A DNA stretch of 64,000 nucleotides from assembly GCA_012295275.1 (NCBI GenBank), contig CM022671.1, positions 31,558,001-31,622,000 of the forward strand, given 5' to 3'. Of this stretch, positions 15,061 to 28,580 are shown piece after piece. Each line of letters starts with the position of its first letter. Position 1 is the first letter of the stretch. Under the pieces are notes generated by a model that had not been told where the DNA came from, did not search any database, and saw only the letters and a list, made by a program, of their open reading frames with translations. The DNA comes from Chrysomallon squamiferum (Eukaryota; Animalia; Mollusca). Made by a program: the position numbers and the translations under genes.

Positions 15061-16438
15061 AACTCCCAAATTGTTCTGCGCTTGTGCGTCACTTTTGGCG
15101 ACATTGATTCGTGTAACCCGGTCTCTCTGTTGGTGTCGCCGAGGCAGGCGAACGCCGTGGTCCGAGGGTGCAGTAATTACCGGTGTACAAGTATCAGAAT
15201 CGCTTGTAGCCGGCCCTCTAACAAGGTTCTTCATTCCAACTGTCAAAATGAAAACCTCTTTTGATTTTTTTATTTGTTAACTTCTCTCCTCGCGTGTTCG
15301 TGTCGTCTTATTAGCCATTGTGTAGCAGACACCATTATATTGCCGTTATACACTCATAATCGGATTTTTTAAGCTCCCGACGGTTCGTGTAAACTGCATG
15401 AATTAACACGAAGTCTGAGCGACATAATGCGACAACGAGAAAAAGGAAAAGAATATAAAAAAAAAAAAAAAATGTAAAGAAGTAAAAAAAAAAAAAAAAG
15501 AAAGAATGAAAAAAAAAAAAGACACCGTGTATTGAACCTCGCGTCATGTTTTACATCTTCGTTTCTCGGCCCCTTTCATGTTCTGTGGGTGGCCAAAAGT
15601 TTTCACGTATACAAAACTAGGAAATACCCCTACAACATTTTTGAATTCATCGGTTCCTCCCATTTCGACGTCATACAGACGGCAGACATCAAAGGTCTGC
15701 TCGTGAATACAAGACGAAAGGAAATTACTCCTAATAGAAAACTATGAAAAGAGTCTAAACAAAAATGAGCGTTTTATATAAAAATTATTTTCTATCATAC
15801 GTTGTTCGTCTTATTAATATCGCCCCACGCAACGAAGGATTTCTCTCTTTCTCTTTCTGTCTCACTCGCTTAGACTTTAATTTTTATTTTCTACTCTCTT
15901 TATTCTCAACACGTGTTCGTATTAGTTAATGCAGAAAGTATTAAGGCAGCGACGGCCTATGAAGCTTGAAAAACATGCCGGAAAGTTAATTAAAATATTT
16001 TATTTTCTTGATCCTTAGTTGCGGACTTTGGACACGATAAAGGAGCGATTTATTTATTTTATTTTACTTTTATTTTGTCGCGCAGTAGCTTTGGAGTATT
16101 AAAAATTTGTCTGAAGTTTCTTCAGACGAATCTGCTACATTATACAAGGGCGCAAACAATGATCACTGACTGTAACTTAGCAAATAAATTTTCTTTGATC
16201 AGATTTAATAAGCTGTGCTAAATTGTCGTCGATGTTAAATGAGAAACAGCGTTGATGACGACGATCGCTACAACAAAGACAAAACTAACAGTAACAACAA
16301 CAACATCAACAACACTAAATGTAACTAAAACAACAACAACAGTAACATCGACGGTGACTAATTATTATTATGACTCGTAGATAAATAAAATAAAACATTC
16401 TAAGATTTTTAATTCAATATTTTATTATTATTATTATT

Positions 16439-16471
<33 letters not shown>

Positions 16472-16580
16472 ATTGTTGTTGGTTTTGTTGCTATATTATT
16501 GTTAATACCAAAATGATTAAACCAGATATACTCTGAATAACATATATTTCTTTTAACTACAAGTTCCTTATTCAAACATT

Positions 16581-16793
16581 TTTACAAAACGTGCTAACTT
16601 GAACAGGATCCTCATTTGCCTTGTGATTTCTCTGAAACAGTTATCTGTCATTTACAAAACATGCAAACTTGAACAGGATCCTCATTTGCCTTGTGATTTC
16701 TCTGAAACAGTTATCTGTCATTTACAAAACATGCAAACTTGAACAGGATCCTCATTTGCCTTGTGATTTCTCTGAAACAGTTATCTGTCATTT
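16581..16793. repeat. 70-bp tandem repeat, 3 near-identical copies
   Basis: Unit tttacaaaacatgcaaacttgaacaggatcctcatttgccttgtgatttctctgaaacagttatctgtca starts at 16581, 16651 and 16721. Confidence 0.97.
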
Positions 16794-17372
16794 TTCTACT
16801 AACGTCAGCCCGACCCAGATCATTCTCACTCCTCGAGGCCAAATTACTGGCATTGTGAGGGAGGACAGACGCCGATATTTAAAGAAATTAATTAATCAAA
16901 ACGAATTTTGATAAATCTTCAGGGCACCACCAAACAAAAAAGCTAAAAGCAGATACTTTGGCGTTACGCAAACGTTTACGTAAATAGAAATCTGTGTTTA
17001 AATTCCGTTCATAAAACAATTGGCTGTTTTCGCAGATTGAGTGAAACGTTGATACAGTTATTAGTGTGCTCGACTGGTAAAGCAATAACTGCAACATTAC
17101 GTCCCACAGCAAACATCGGTTCTAATAATGGTCAATAAATATTTGCCTATCCCATGACGCAATGTGTAACGTCAAATATGACCTGGCTCTGGGACGTAAT
17201 AACTTCGTGATATCCAAGAAAATTATGAAACAATTAGCTGAACTGGTGAAGAGGAGATTACTGTACATACGAATGCGTGCGTGCGTAAGTGCGTACAGAC
17301 TGAGATAGAGTAATCTGTTCCCCTCTCTCGGAGCTTTTATCTCTATCTATTTCTCTGTTTCTTTTACTTTTA

Positions 17373-17472
<100 letters not shown>

Positions 17473-18236
17473 GTCAGCAGGTGTGTGTGGGCTTTACGAA
17501 ACTCAATAATTTGATGCAAAAATAAACTAATTTGATGACTCGTTCTCAAACGGACATTTGTGGTTTTTGCGGAGTGGTTTCAAGTATCTGTTTGTGTTCT
17601 AATCTGCCCACACAATCGTATCCGTCGCGTTTCTTGACAAATCAGTTAACCAGTGATTCCATCATTTACTCTAATTACCATTCACATCAAAAGTCAAAGA
17701 GTGGAAGAGAAAGAAAAAAGAAAGAAAGAAAGAAAGAAAGAGAAAGAAAGAAAGTAAGATAAAGAAAGATAGAAAAAAAAAAAAAAGAATGTAAAAGAAA
17801 GAAAGGAAGGAAATGAAAAACAGAATGACTGAAAGAAATAATGGAAGAAGTAACCGAGAAAAACGGACTCACATACCGAGACACAAACACACACAGACAG
17901 ACAGACAGACACACATACATACATACACACACATACACACACACACATACACACACACACACACATACACACACACACATACATACACACACACACATAC
18001 ACACACACACATACATACACACATACACACACATACAGACATACGCATAACAGATAAGCCAATATAAATTCCCACTATTTAAATACTATTTTATCAAGCT
18101 TGGATTTTCTTATACATTTCAGTAAACTGTTCATTACTTCCAGTCCTTTTTTAACACTGTCTACAAAAAAAATCGACCAATGAAATCCTTCCTATTTACA
18201 AATTAATTTAATTCTGTTTTTTTTTTTTTATTACAT

Positions 18237-18298
<62 letters not shown>

Positions 18299-19115
18299 TA
18301 TAAAATGTCTATATATGTAATCGGAGGGTAATTTATTCGTTTTAACGTTTGTCGTTTTTATTAGGTTTTTCTTTTAACACGGCACACAAAACAAAGTCCA
18401 CGATCAGGCCACAGAAATGTAACACAACAAGAAAATCCAAGAAAATCCAGTTAATCTGTGACTGGAGATCATGAGTTATCGGGATAATCTCCAGCAACTT
18501 GATAGGGTTGCTCTGATAGCAGTTTTATGTGTTTGTATCACTTAACTAAATCACGGGACTGATGAAGCGTGATTAATGATCATGTTTTATTTTTAAACTT
18601 GTTTTTTTTTTTTTTTTTTTTTTTTGACATTCTTTCGTAGTATTTTACACGATTTTTGTCTGTCTGTTGTTAAGTGGGTGTGTCTATTTGACTGTCTCTC
18701 TCTCTCTCTCTCTCTCTTTTTCCTTCCTTCTTCATTCTTTCTATCTTTCTATTACTCTCTCTCTCTCTCTCTGTGGCCCTTTCCCCCCTCAAACACACCA
18801 TATCCTTACCAAGTTTTAATATACTATCTTCCTCTCTCGTTATTTTTCACCTTATTTCTCTTTCTGACACTTTTCCTCTCTATCTATACGTCTCTTTTTG
18901 ATTTATTTATATGTAGTTCAACTCTTTTCTATTATCTTCCCTTTCATTGTGTCTATCTCACTGACAGACAGCGAGACAGACAGACATAAACACATGCAAA
19001 AAAAAAGAGAAAGGAATTAAAAGAAAATCATAAGAATGAGTGTTTATGAAGGAGTGTGAAACAGATTCAAAGAAAAAAAAGAGACCTGAGGTAGAACGAG
19101 AAAAGCAGAAAGTGT

Positions 19116-19151
<36 letters not shown>

Positions 19152-20262
19152 GATAATCTTTCAATGAAAACGAGAAGAGATTTAAATAAAAAAAAAGACA
19201 TGATACAAATTAACAGAGATACATTTAGACAGACAGACAGACGTTCAAACAAACAAACAGATAATATGGAACAAAATAATTATTCATTCTTGTTAGTTTA
19301 TACTACTACACGACCTTGCTACTTCTTCCTATGTGTTACACGTAATAAAACTTTGTAATGTTCTGCGAAGACAGAAGTGCGAGCCGCTTTATTTATTGTA
19401 CACAATACGATGTAAACATGACGCAAATCAGCAGAACGTATCCGACGAACAACAGAGCGTGTTAATTGTGATAGTATTTCACACATACACACACACACAT
19501 ACACACGCACACACACACACAACATGTGCCTTGTATAGGTCATAAAAACAGATTTTTTTATTTATTTATTTTTTTTAAATATATTTTTATTTGTTTATGC
19601 GTCCTTCACGTCAGCTTCCTCTAATTAGCACTTCTGTTTCTTTCACACGATTTATTTTTAATATTTATTATCACTTGTTTATTTTGACCGTTTGGTAGTG
19701 CAACATGCCGGTGAACGTGAGAGATGACGTGAAACAGAGTCGCGATTCACTTGATTTCTATGCGCGAGACGAAAGGAAATGGCTGAAGGAAAGCAGCTCT
19801 GTGTCGTCTGATTCATCGCTGGTTTCGTAAAACCGGTGACGTATATACGAGCCCTTCGTCTGTACAGAGCTGTCAGTCAAGTGTTTCGTTAGCTCCGCCC
19901 CCTTCTCCTTTGAGCCTAAAAATTCGCACGTGTCATGGACTTAAAACTTTATTTTATTTTATTTTTCTCTTTATTTCAGTTTTACGTTTAATTTAATTCT
20001 GTTTCGTGAAGTTTAAGTAATATGTGGAAAGTGTTGTAGAATAAGATTTATCGCTTTGTTTTTATTGTACTGATAATTTAATGTTTTTCCGTGTAAAAAA
20101 AATATATATATATATATATAATAATGTTCACGGTAAATAAATAAAGAGCAACATATACAATAATAATAATAATAATAATAATAATCTTTTATGTCGGAAT
20201 TTTCTGTTTGCTTTCTTTTTAATTTTTAAATATTATTATTATTATTATTTACGTTCTTCCTT

Positions 20263-20351
<89 letters not shown>

Positions 20352-20518
20352 AAGCAGAAAAAGGGAAATTGAACGAACGGTTAAAAGTGAAAAATAATAA
20401 AAGGAAAAACTAGTTTTCAATACTTTTGTTGAAATAAATTTTTCAATACCGTGACTCCACTAATAAATGAGACAAGAAAGGCGTAAACTGGGATCACTTA
20501 CAGTAACAAACAAACAAA

Positions 20519-20565
<47 letters not shown>

Positions 20566-21113
20566 AGTGATTATGTTTACTTACTTACTTACTTATTTAA
20601 TTATTTATTGTTCACTTATTTATTTATTATTAATTTATTTTAATTGACTTATTGACTTAACTGATTTATATATACATAATACGGCTGTTTTCTTATTCCA
20701 TGGAAATAATAATATTGACATAATGAAATTTATATGTTTGTCTTTTCCAGAAATAATCTAATTTTAACTATTCAGCGCGGATATATAGAATAATATATTA
20801 TTATTTTCTTATAAGTTTTTATTTATATATTTGTTCATTTATTCATTCATTTACAGTTGTGTGCCACATTTGAAAAGTAGGATGTCAGGTTATGTTTAAG
20901 AACTTTTATACTAACCTAAAATAGGAACAGAAAAGTGAATTCACGGAAATGATTATATGAACAGTGATTAAAATTGAAAAAAAAAATTCATTGAATCTGA
21001 TATTAACTTAGAATAAAGAATAATGTACAGTATTTTTCGGTTCATCGCAGAGACATCGGTTTTCGGGTAAAACCCAATCCTTTTTCTTATCCGCCGTTCT
21101 TTTCTTCTTTTTC

Positions 21114-21148
<35 letters not shown>

Positions 21149-21363
21149 CTACTTTGTTTTAGTAAAATTTTATAACGTTGTCCCATCCTGAACCTGTAAT
21201 GTCTACCTCGCTTCCTCTTTTTTCGCTAATAACCGTTCACCGTAATTAGCCGAAATCAGCCGAAATCTGTCGGACTCGATAACGAGTCTTCCGCCGTCTC
21301 TGTGTGTGACCATAGCCAAGCCCTGTCGTATTTTAATTACCGGTTTCCAATTTATTGACTTTT

Positions 21364-21398
<35 letters not shown>

Positions 21399-21580
21399 GA
21401 CTTTTTTAAAAAAAATATATGCCTCAGTTCTCTGATAACTTTAGTATTGTTTTATTCTCTGTAAAATTGCCCTGTGTTACTTTTTATAAAGTTATTACGA
21501 ATGGTTAACAGAGCATAAAGATTGACGTTTAGGGCAGAAAACAGATTATGAGTAATTTATTAACTTCCCAGTCGAATAAT

Positions 21581-21619
<39 letters not shown>

Positions 21620-21865
21620 GTTTTTGTAGTCGTAGTAATAGTAGTAGCATAGCAGCAATAGAAGTAGTAGTAATATAATAATAATAATAGTAGTAGTTGT
21701 TGTGGTAGTATTACCATTTTATTATAGTTCTGCTGATTTTATATTATTTAATGTATAAGTTTATGATGGTTTTCTTATTCCGTGAAAACAATAATAAACC
21801 AAAATAAATCCTTTCATAAAACAATATTGTGCGGTTGTATTAAATAATATTATTATTTTCTTGCC

Positions 21866-21906
<41 letters not shown>

Positions 21907-22556
21907 TTCAGACATTCATTGATTTATTTATCGTAATTTCATTTAATTTTTCATTAAATATCTTTTAAGAAAAATTAAAACAAGGTTTTACAGGAGAAAA
22001 CAAGTGAAAAACATAATTAATAAGTATACGTACAACATATATTCACATGCATATACACATATATTCGTGTATACATGTACACTCATACACGCGCACTCGC
22101 ACACACACATACGCACACACGTAAACGCACACATACACATACACTCATAAACATATGCATACATTCAAACGTATTTACATAATTATATACATACGTAGTT
22201 ATGTAATTATACATATACATAAATACATATATACATATATACATACACATACACAGATAAATAGATATACATACATACATACATACATACATACATACAT
22301 ACTTTAAACTGTTATGATATTATTTATAAATGTATACAAACTTATGACAAAATTACGTTGGCACAGCGACAAATGTTATTTCAGAACTGCCATGGCAGTT
22401 TATAACAAGAATAGAAAAGTGAAAAGCAATAATTATATTAAAAGAAGTAAAAATAGAGAAATAGATTGAATCTGATAGTAACATAATAAATAATGACAGA
22501 TGTTCAAAAAAAAAAACTGCAACTACTACTTCTACTTCTACTACTACTACTACTTC

Positions 22557-22587
<31 letters not shown>

Positions 22588-22589
22588 TC

Positions 22590-22620
<31 letters not shown>

Positions 22621-22677
22621 GCTACTGCTATTCTTCTACTGTCGATACAACTGCTACCAAAATTGTTGCTACTCTAT

Positions 22678-22712
<35 letters not shown>

Positions 22713-22814
22713 CACTATAAAAAATAATAAAACTAAACAATAATACTTTTTGTAATACTGAAGAATAAACTCGATGCGCGTGAATTTGAATTCTTATCTT
22801 TTTTCTTCATTTTT

Positions 22815-22852
<38 letters not shown>

Positions 22853-23002
22853 TTCCACAATTAATTTTCTATACGGCAGAGGTATTGTTGCCAGTCACAG
22901 TTATTTTTCTTTGTGTATCCTCCCACTACTACAGGCTTGTCTTGTTCCGGTTTTGCGGAGGGGTTTGTGATTCGTCTTACCGTGGTGAGCGACGGCAAGA
23001 AG

Positions 23003-23054
23003 CCCCGCCCACCTATGTATAAATAGAGTTAACATACAGTCAGCTGAACATACT
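23003..23054 (+). promoter_or_regulatory. Candidate core promoter of the P450 gene (GC box, TATA box, Inr-like)
   Basis: CCCCGCCC at 23003-23010, TATAAATAG at 23018-23026, and a CA initiator (CATACT) at 23049-23054 about 32 nt downstream of the TATA, all in a locally GC-richer island. Confidence 0.65.
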
Positions 23055-23093
23055 TATCACAGGCATCTTCTTGGGTTTTAGCAGCCTTATTTC
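23050..23093 (+). other. Probable non-coding first exon (5' UTR) of the P450
   Basis: Lies between the predicted TSS and a consensus donor GTAAGT at 23094-23099. Splicing to the 25233 acceptor gives an ATG-free 5' UTR. Confidence 0.55.
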
Positions 23094-23292
23094 GTAAGTA
23101 TACGACTTGATTCATATATATAGTTTACATTAGTCGCGAGTGTGTTGAAAAATCTCTAATAATCCTGCAGTAGTTCGGGAATTTACAAAATAAATAAATA
23201 ATACAGCGGTTGAGATTAACGTACCGAACACGTGCAGTTTGGCTTTTTCATTTCCTTATTGGCCGTGTTTGGTTTATTTGGACATTTAGTAA

Positions 23293-23330
<38 letters not shown>

Positions 23331-23653
23331 AAGATAAATTAGAAAGCTTATAAATATTTATTTTAATCAACTGAAAAGGTTACATTGGCTGTTTCAAATT
23401 GATAGTTTTGACATTTAACGCTTTGCCGACCGATGGTGCCGTGATTACCGTTGATTCGTATTTATGGTTGTTTATTATTAGCGGCTATGGGCGATATAGT
23501 AAATGTGACTCACTACACGCTGCTCGCTCATTCATGTCTTTTGTCAAATCAGCTGTTCACATAGGATTTTCTTACCTCGTATATATTTCATCATCGTCGT
23601 TTTCTTTTCATCTTCTTTATAAGACGAAATCTACTTTAACTTCGCGCGGGCAC

Positions 23654-23748
<95 letters not shown>

Positions 23749-25343
23749 GGAGAGACTTTTGTTTCTTTTTTTTTTTTAATTATAAATTTCACTTGCGGTT
23801 TATGAGTAAACGCTGTCACCGTTGTAGCGCTTGCTAGCACACCTGTGCTGACGTCCCTGTCAAAATTCATCATTCACCGAGGTCGCCGTTTTAGGGTCAT
23901 CATTCCCGTTAGCCGACAGATAGAAGGCATACACGTGTTCAGCCGAAATGAACATTTCCCCCAGTTTCGTGTCATCGGCAGCTTGTCAAATCTCAATACT
24001 GTCAACCTCAGATACTGATTCACAGCGTGATCTTTAACTCGTTAGCGATTTAGTAGGCATCAGTGTTAATGCTCTTTTAGTTGTGATTTACGATCGTTAT
24101 TATACATACATATATATACATACAGATATATATATAGATATAGATATATATATATAGAGAGAGATATATAACTTTTATATTAGGGTATTTTTATGGTTAC
24201 AACAACGTAACACATCAGCTATCATTGTGTTAACAGTAATTAAGACAAGCGTAACTGAATGATCCATCGATATCAATAAACGGATATTATCACTGCAGAT
24301 AAACAGGACATCGACGTGTCCAGCTCTTTATAATGTTTCTATTTTAAGGTATGATGATTTACCTCTCATTCTGTCCCGTTATTTCTGTCAGGTATGCAGC
24401 AAACCGGGAAATCCAGTGGTAAGTGTCTATTTCCCGCGACTGACATCATTAACACGCGTTGCATAGCGGTTTCGTAAACACTATCAGTGCTTGGCTTATC
24501 ACCGTGGGTCCGAAACGAACTTTAATGTGATCGATTTAAATCGTGTGGTGACATCGACGGTGTGCAATACACGGAGGCACAGATAAACACTCGCACACAT
24601 GTCTGGCAATTTTCTCGATCGATTAGCTTTCCGCGAAACGATACGTTACGAGAGACGCGATACAGATTTTGAAAAATAAAGGTGAAAATTAAGTTTTAAA
24701 AAGAAAAGGGGGGATTTATTGAGTGAGAAGAAAGTGTAAGGAACAGCGAGAAAGAGAAAGAGAGAGAGAGAGAGAGAGAGGGGGGGAGAGAGGGAGAAAA
24801 AAGCGCTCTATTTCACTATTGTGATTGATAAAGGTTAGGAAATAGCGGCGATATATGTAAAACTACGGTGACATGTGTTTACCGCACATGTGACAATCGT
24901 AGCGAGAGGTTGATTTTTTATTATCGTATTTAGAATTCCTGTGAAATATTTCCACACAGCTTTGGTAGTATTCCATTCTGTGTGTTGTGGGAACATGGTA
25001 CTATACACCGTTTTGAAACATACAGGTCTATCTGTCTATCTATCTATCTATCGTAATTCGTCTCAATTTCTTTCTTTCTCTCTCTCTTCGTCTCTTTCTT
25101 TTACTGTCTAAATTACGCCAGCTACCCTTTTCAATCTTTTTTTTTTTTTTATATATATATATATATATATATCTTCCAACCTTTTCGTTCCATAAATATT
25201 AACAAAACTTTTCTTTTTTTTCAACATTTCAGAAGTGAATTCGAGGAAGTGGAGAGCAACAGAAGGAAATTTATTCTCTGAGTCAAGGATTATTGGATTT
25301 TAACTGTTTTTCTAACAACGTTTTCACGATACATATCAACATC

Positions 25344-25423
25344 ATGGTAGCCGTAACATTCTACCTTGCTGCAGCGACAGTTGGACTGACGTTGGCTTAT
25401 GTTAAATATCTATACAGAAGAAG
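25344..25423 (+). CDS. P450 coding exon 1: membrane anchor MVAVTFYLAAATVGLTLAYVKYLYRR(R)
   Basis: ATG in a strong Kozak context (aacatcATGG). Hydrophobic run followed by a basic cluster. Donor AAG|gtaata at 25424, phase 2. Upstream acceptor ttttcaacatttcag ends at 25232, so the exon probably starts at 25233. Too short for the ORF track. Confidence 0.9.
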
Positions 25424-25955
25424 GTAATATATACATACATATATATATATATTTCTTTTGTTTAATAATTTTTTTAAATATTTTTCTTAAAGATAAAATC
25501 GTACGTTTTTACATATTATTTATTTATTCTTACTATAAATAATATATGAACTCACATTTTGTTTATTATAATTTTATAGATATTTTATTCATCATTATTC
25601 TTAGTATTATATTTGTAATTCTTTTATTATTACAATTTTTATTATACAGATAATATTATTCTTAATATTGCATCTGTTATGATTACGCATTCACAAGGCT
25701 GAGACTATATATATATATAGATCGTTTTTTAGTTATATTTAATTTGATGCCAAAAATAAGTTAATACACACGGAAAGATGTATATTCTAAAAGGTCATCG
25801 AAGATATATTATACGTTACAGTACTAATACTAAGGTTATTAAAACGTGGGAATGAACGAAAATCTCTAATGATAATTATTTTATAATAAAATATGTTGCG
25901 TAGTTCGGTGTTAGGCAGGCAGATACAAATTAGTTCTACTTCTACGTCGACTATA

Positions 25956-25997
<42 letters not shown>

Positions 25998-26308
25998 AAC
26001 ACTTTTTTGTGGAGCGAATTTAATAGGAAGGGCGACAACTCTCGAATGATCGTTAAAACAATACTTGTTATTATTTTTATACTACGGTTGTGTTTTTTCT
26101 CTCTCTCTCTTTCTTTCCTTCTCTCGCTCTTTTCTTTTCTTTTTATTCTTTAAAGCGCTGTATTTCCTACTTCACCGAATCCGAATGCTATTCCTGGAAC
26201 AAAATACTAATCTGTTTATAGCGGCTTTCTTCCAGTTTTCTTTAGTTCATTTCTAGAACATTATACCGTTTCCATGACAATACTGAAGAGCTATAGACCA
26301 AGAAAAAA

Positions 26309-26341
<33 letters not shown>

Positions 26342-28534
26342 TAAAAAAAAAAAAAAAAAAAAAAAGGAAAGAAAGAAAGAAAAAAACCCAGAACAAAATT
26401 TTTAAAATTTTCTAGACGAACCCCAAACTTGTGTCATCCACCAAGATATTTTTGCGAGAGTAAACTAATGATTAGATAAAATTCTCAGTCTACGAAGTAA
26501 TTGGCTGAGGTGTCTCGCCGATATTTCAATTTGTTTACCATTATTAGCTTTATAGCACCGGTTTGATTTCACACCGAGTCCAAGTTTAGCAGGAGCCTCT
26601 TGCCCGCGCCAGTCAGGTTTTCAGATATAGATGGATTGAGTAGGTTTTGCGTCTGTGTATAATTAACAGGATTTTTCGCAACCCATTTCCCACGGAAAAT
26701 AGATTATTAATCATAGAAAGAATATATTTACACCAAGGTGTATTTTAAAACTTGAAACTGTAGATATAAACTGCGACAAAAAAAAAAAAAAAAAAAAAAA
26801 AAATAATAATAATAATAATGTGTGTGTGTGTGTTTATATATATATATATAAAAACCTATAGTGTTTGGTTGTTCTGGGTTGTTCTGGGTTGTTTTTTTCT
26901 ATTAATTTAATATTGTGTTATACTCACATACGTTAGTATTATATATGAGTAGAGAAGAAAAGAAAACAATATCATTTTTTTTTTGGTGTATTTTTGGTTG
27001 TTGTTGTTGTTGTTGTTAAATTGAATACGTAGTGTGACTGTTTTTTTAATGAACAAAGTTAAGATTATATATTATACATATATTTTATGCCTGTGTATAT
27101 GTGCATATGAAGAGTATCTATTGCGGTGTTGACACACAACAAACATATTTGAAAAAATATGCAAGTTCTCTTTTGTTCGCTTTTAAAAAGATTCCTTCAA
27201 ATAGGTGTATTTTCACTGAAAGAGAATAAAATTTCAAACAAATATACTTCAGAAAGATTTTTTGTATTTTAAATACGTAAATAAATTTGATATTTGTTTT
27301 TTCATGCTTACTGATAGGAATAATGTACGTTATACACACGTTTTATATATGTGTTTTTTATACAGACAATTCACTTGCGTATAATTTTATATATATATAT
27401 ATTTATGAATGCATATATGCATATATATATGTATGAGTGTGTGTGTGTGTGTGTGTGTTTGTTTGTTTGTGTGTGTGTGTGTGTGCGTGTTTGAACATAT
27501 AATTTACACCCGTATTAACGTATGTGTGTATTAATTTATTTTCTCTTAAGCAATTTAACTCACAGTTCAATTTATTTGTATCGTTACAGGAGAGAAAACG
27601 AGCCTCCGCTTGTACCAGGAAATCTCTTATTTGGCAACGGAATCGAATTCGGCACGCACGCCGTCAAGTTTCTGCACCGATGTCAGAAAGGCTTCGGCGA
27701 CATTTTCACAATTCGACTTCTCAATCAGTACCTGACGATCATCGCCGATCCGCACTCGTACGAGCAGTTCGCGAAAGAACGTAAATTCGACTTCGACCCG
27801 ATTCAGCGACAGGTCAACCACAACATATTCAGCTATGAGCTGGTGGACGCGCGAAAGATGCTCAGCGAGGCAGGGAAGAAGGTGAACGGGCGGTACCTGT
27901 ACACGGGGCTGAAAAACTTCTCCGTCAACCTCAAGGACGCCTTCCAAGAGGTGACCAGCGTCGACGTCAACGGCAACGAAGTGAAGACCGTTGGTGAGCA
28001 GTGGGGACAAGACGGTCTGAGGAACTTCACGGCACGGACCCTGTTTTCGGCTCTCTTCTACACCATCTTCGGCCACGGCCAAGCCGCCAAAGAGTTCCAT
28101 CCTCAAGTGTTTCACAAAAACTTTGACATCTTCCACAAGTATTTCAACTACATGTGGCTCGGCATCGGAGTGAAGTGGTTCCCCAAGGCTCTGGAAGCGC
28201 TGCAGGTTCTGTGCCACGTCCCGAACTCGACGGAGATGATGAATCGCCGAGGCGTGTCCGACTACATCAAATTTTCCACCCAGTTCATGAAGGAAAACGC
28301 TCAGACCGAGCAGGACATCGTGGGCCACAACCTCGTCTTCTTGCACGTCAACTACAACACCTTCAGAGCAGCCTTTTGGTGCGCCTACTATATCGTCAGC
28401 AAGGAAGAAACCTACAAGGCGCTGGCTAAAGAGGTTGGAGACGCTGTCCAGGAAAAACTGAATGACAACGAATCGCTTAGCTTCACTCTGGAAGAAATTG
28501 ATCATCTTCCTATTCTTGGTATGTGAATAATAAT

Positions 28535-28580
<46 letters not shown>

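Noticed and set aside
16581-16793. Possible CRISPR-like array
   Set aside because: Head-to-tail identical units with no spacers, eukaryotic context, and no cas genes.
27522-28526. ORF-track 334-aa ORF as a stand-alone single-exon gene
   Set aside because: It lacks ExxR and the heme Cys. Canonical splice sites join it to the exons at 25344, 28861 and 30174.
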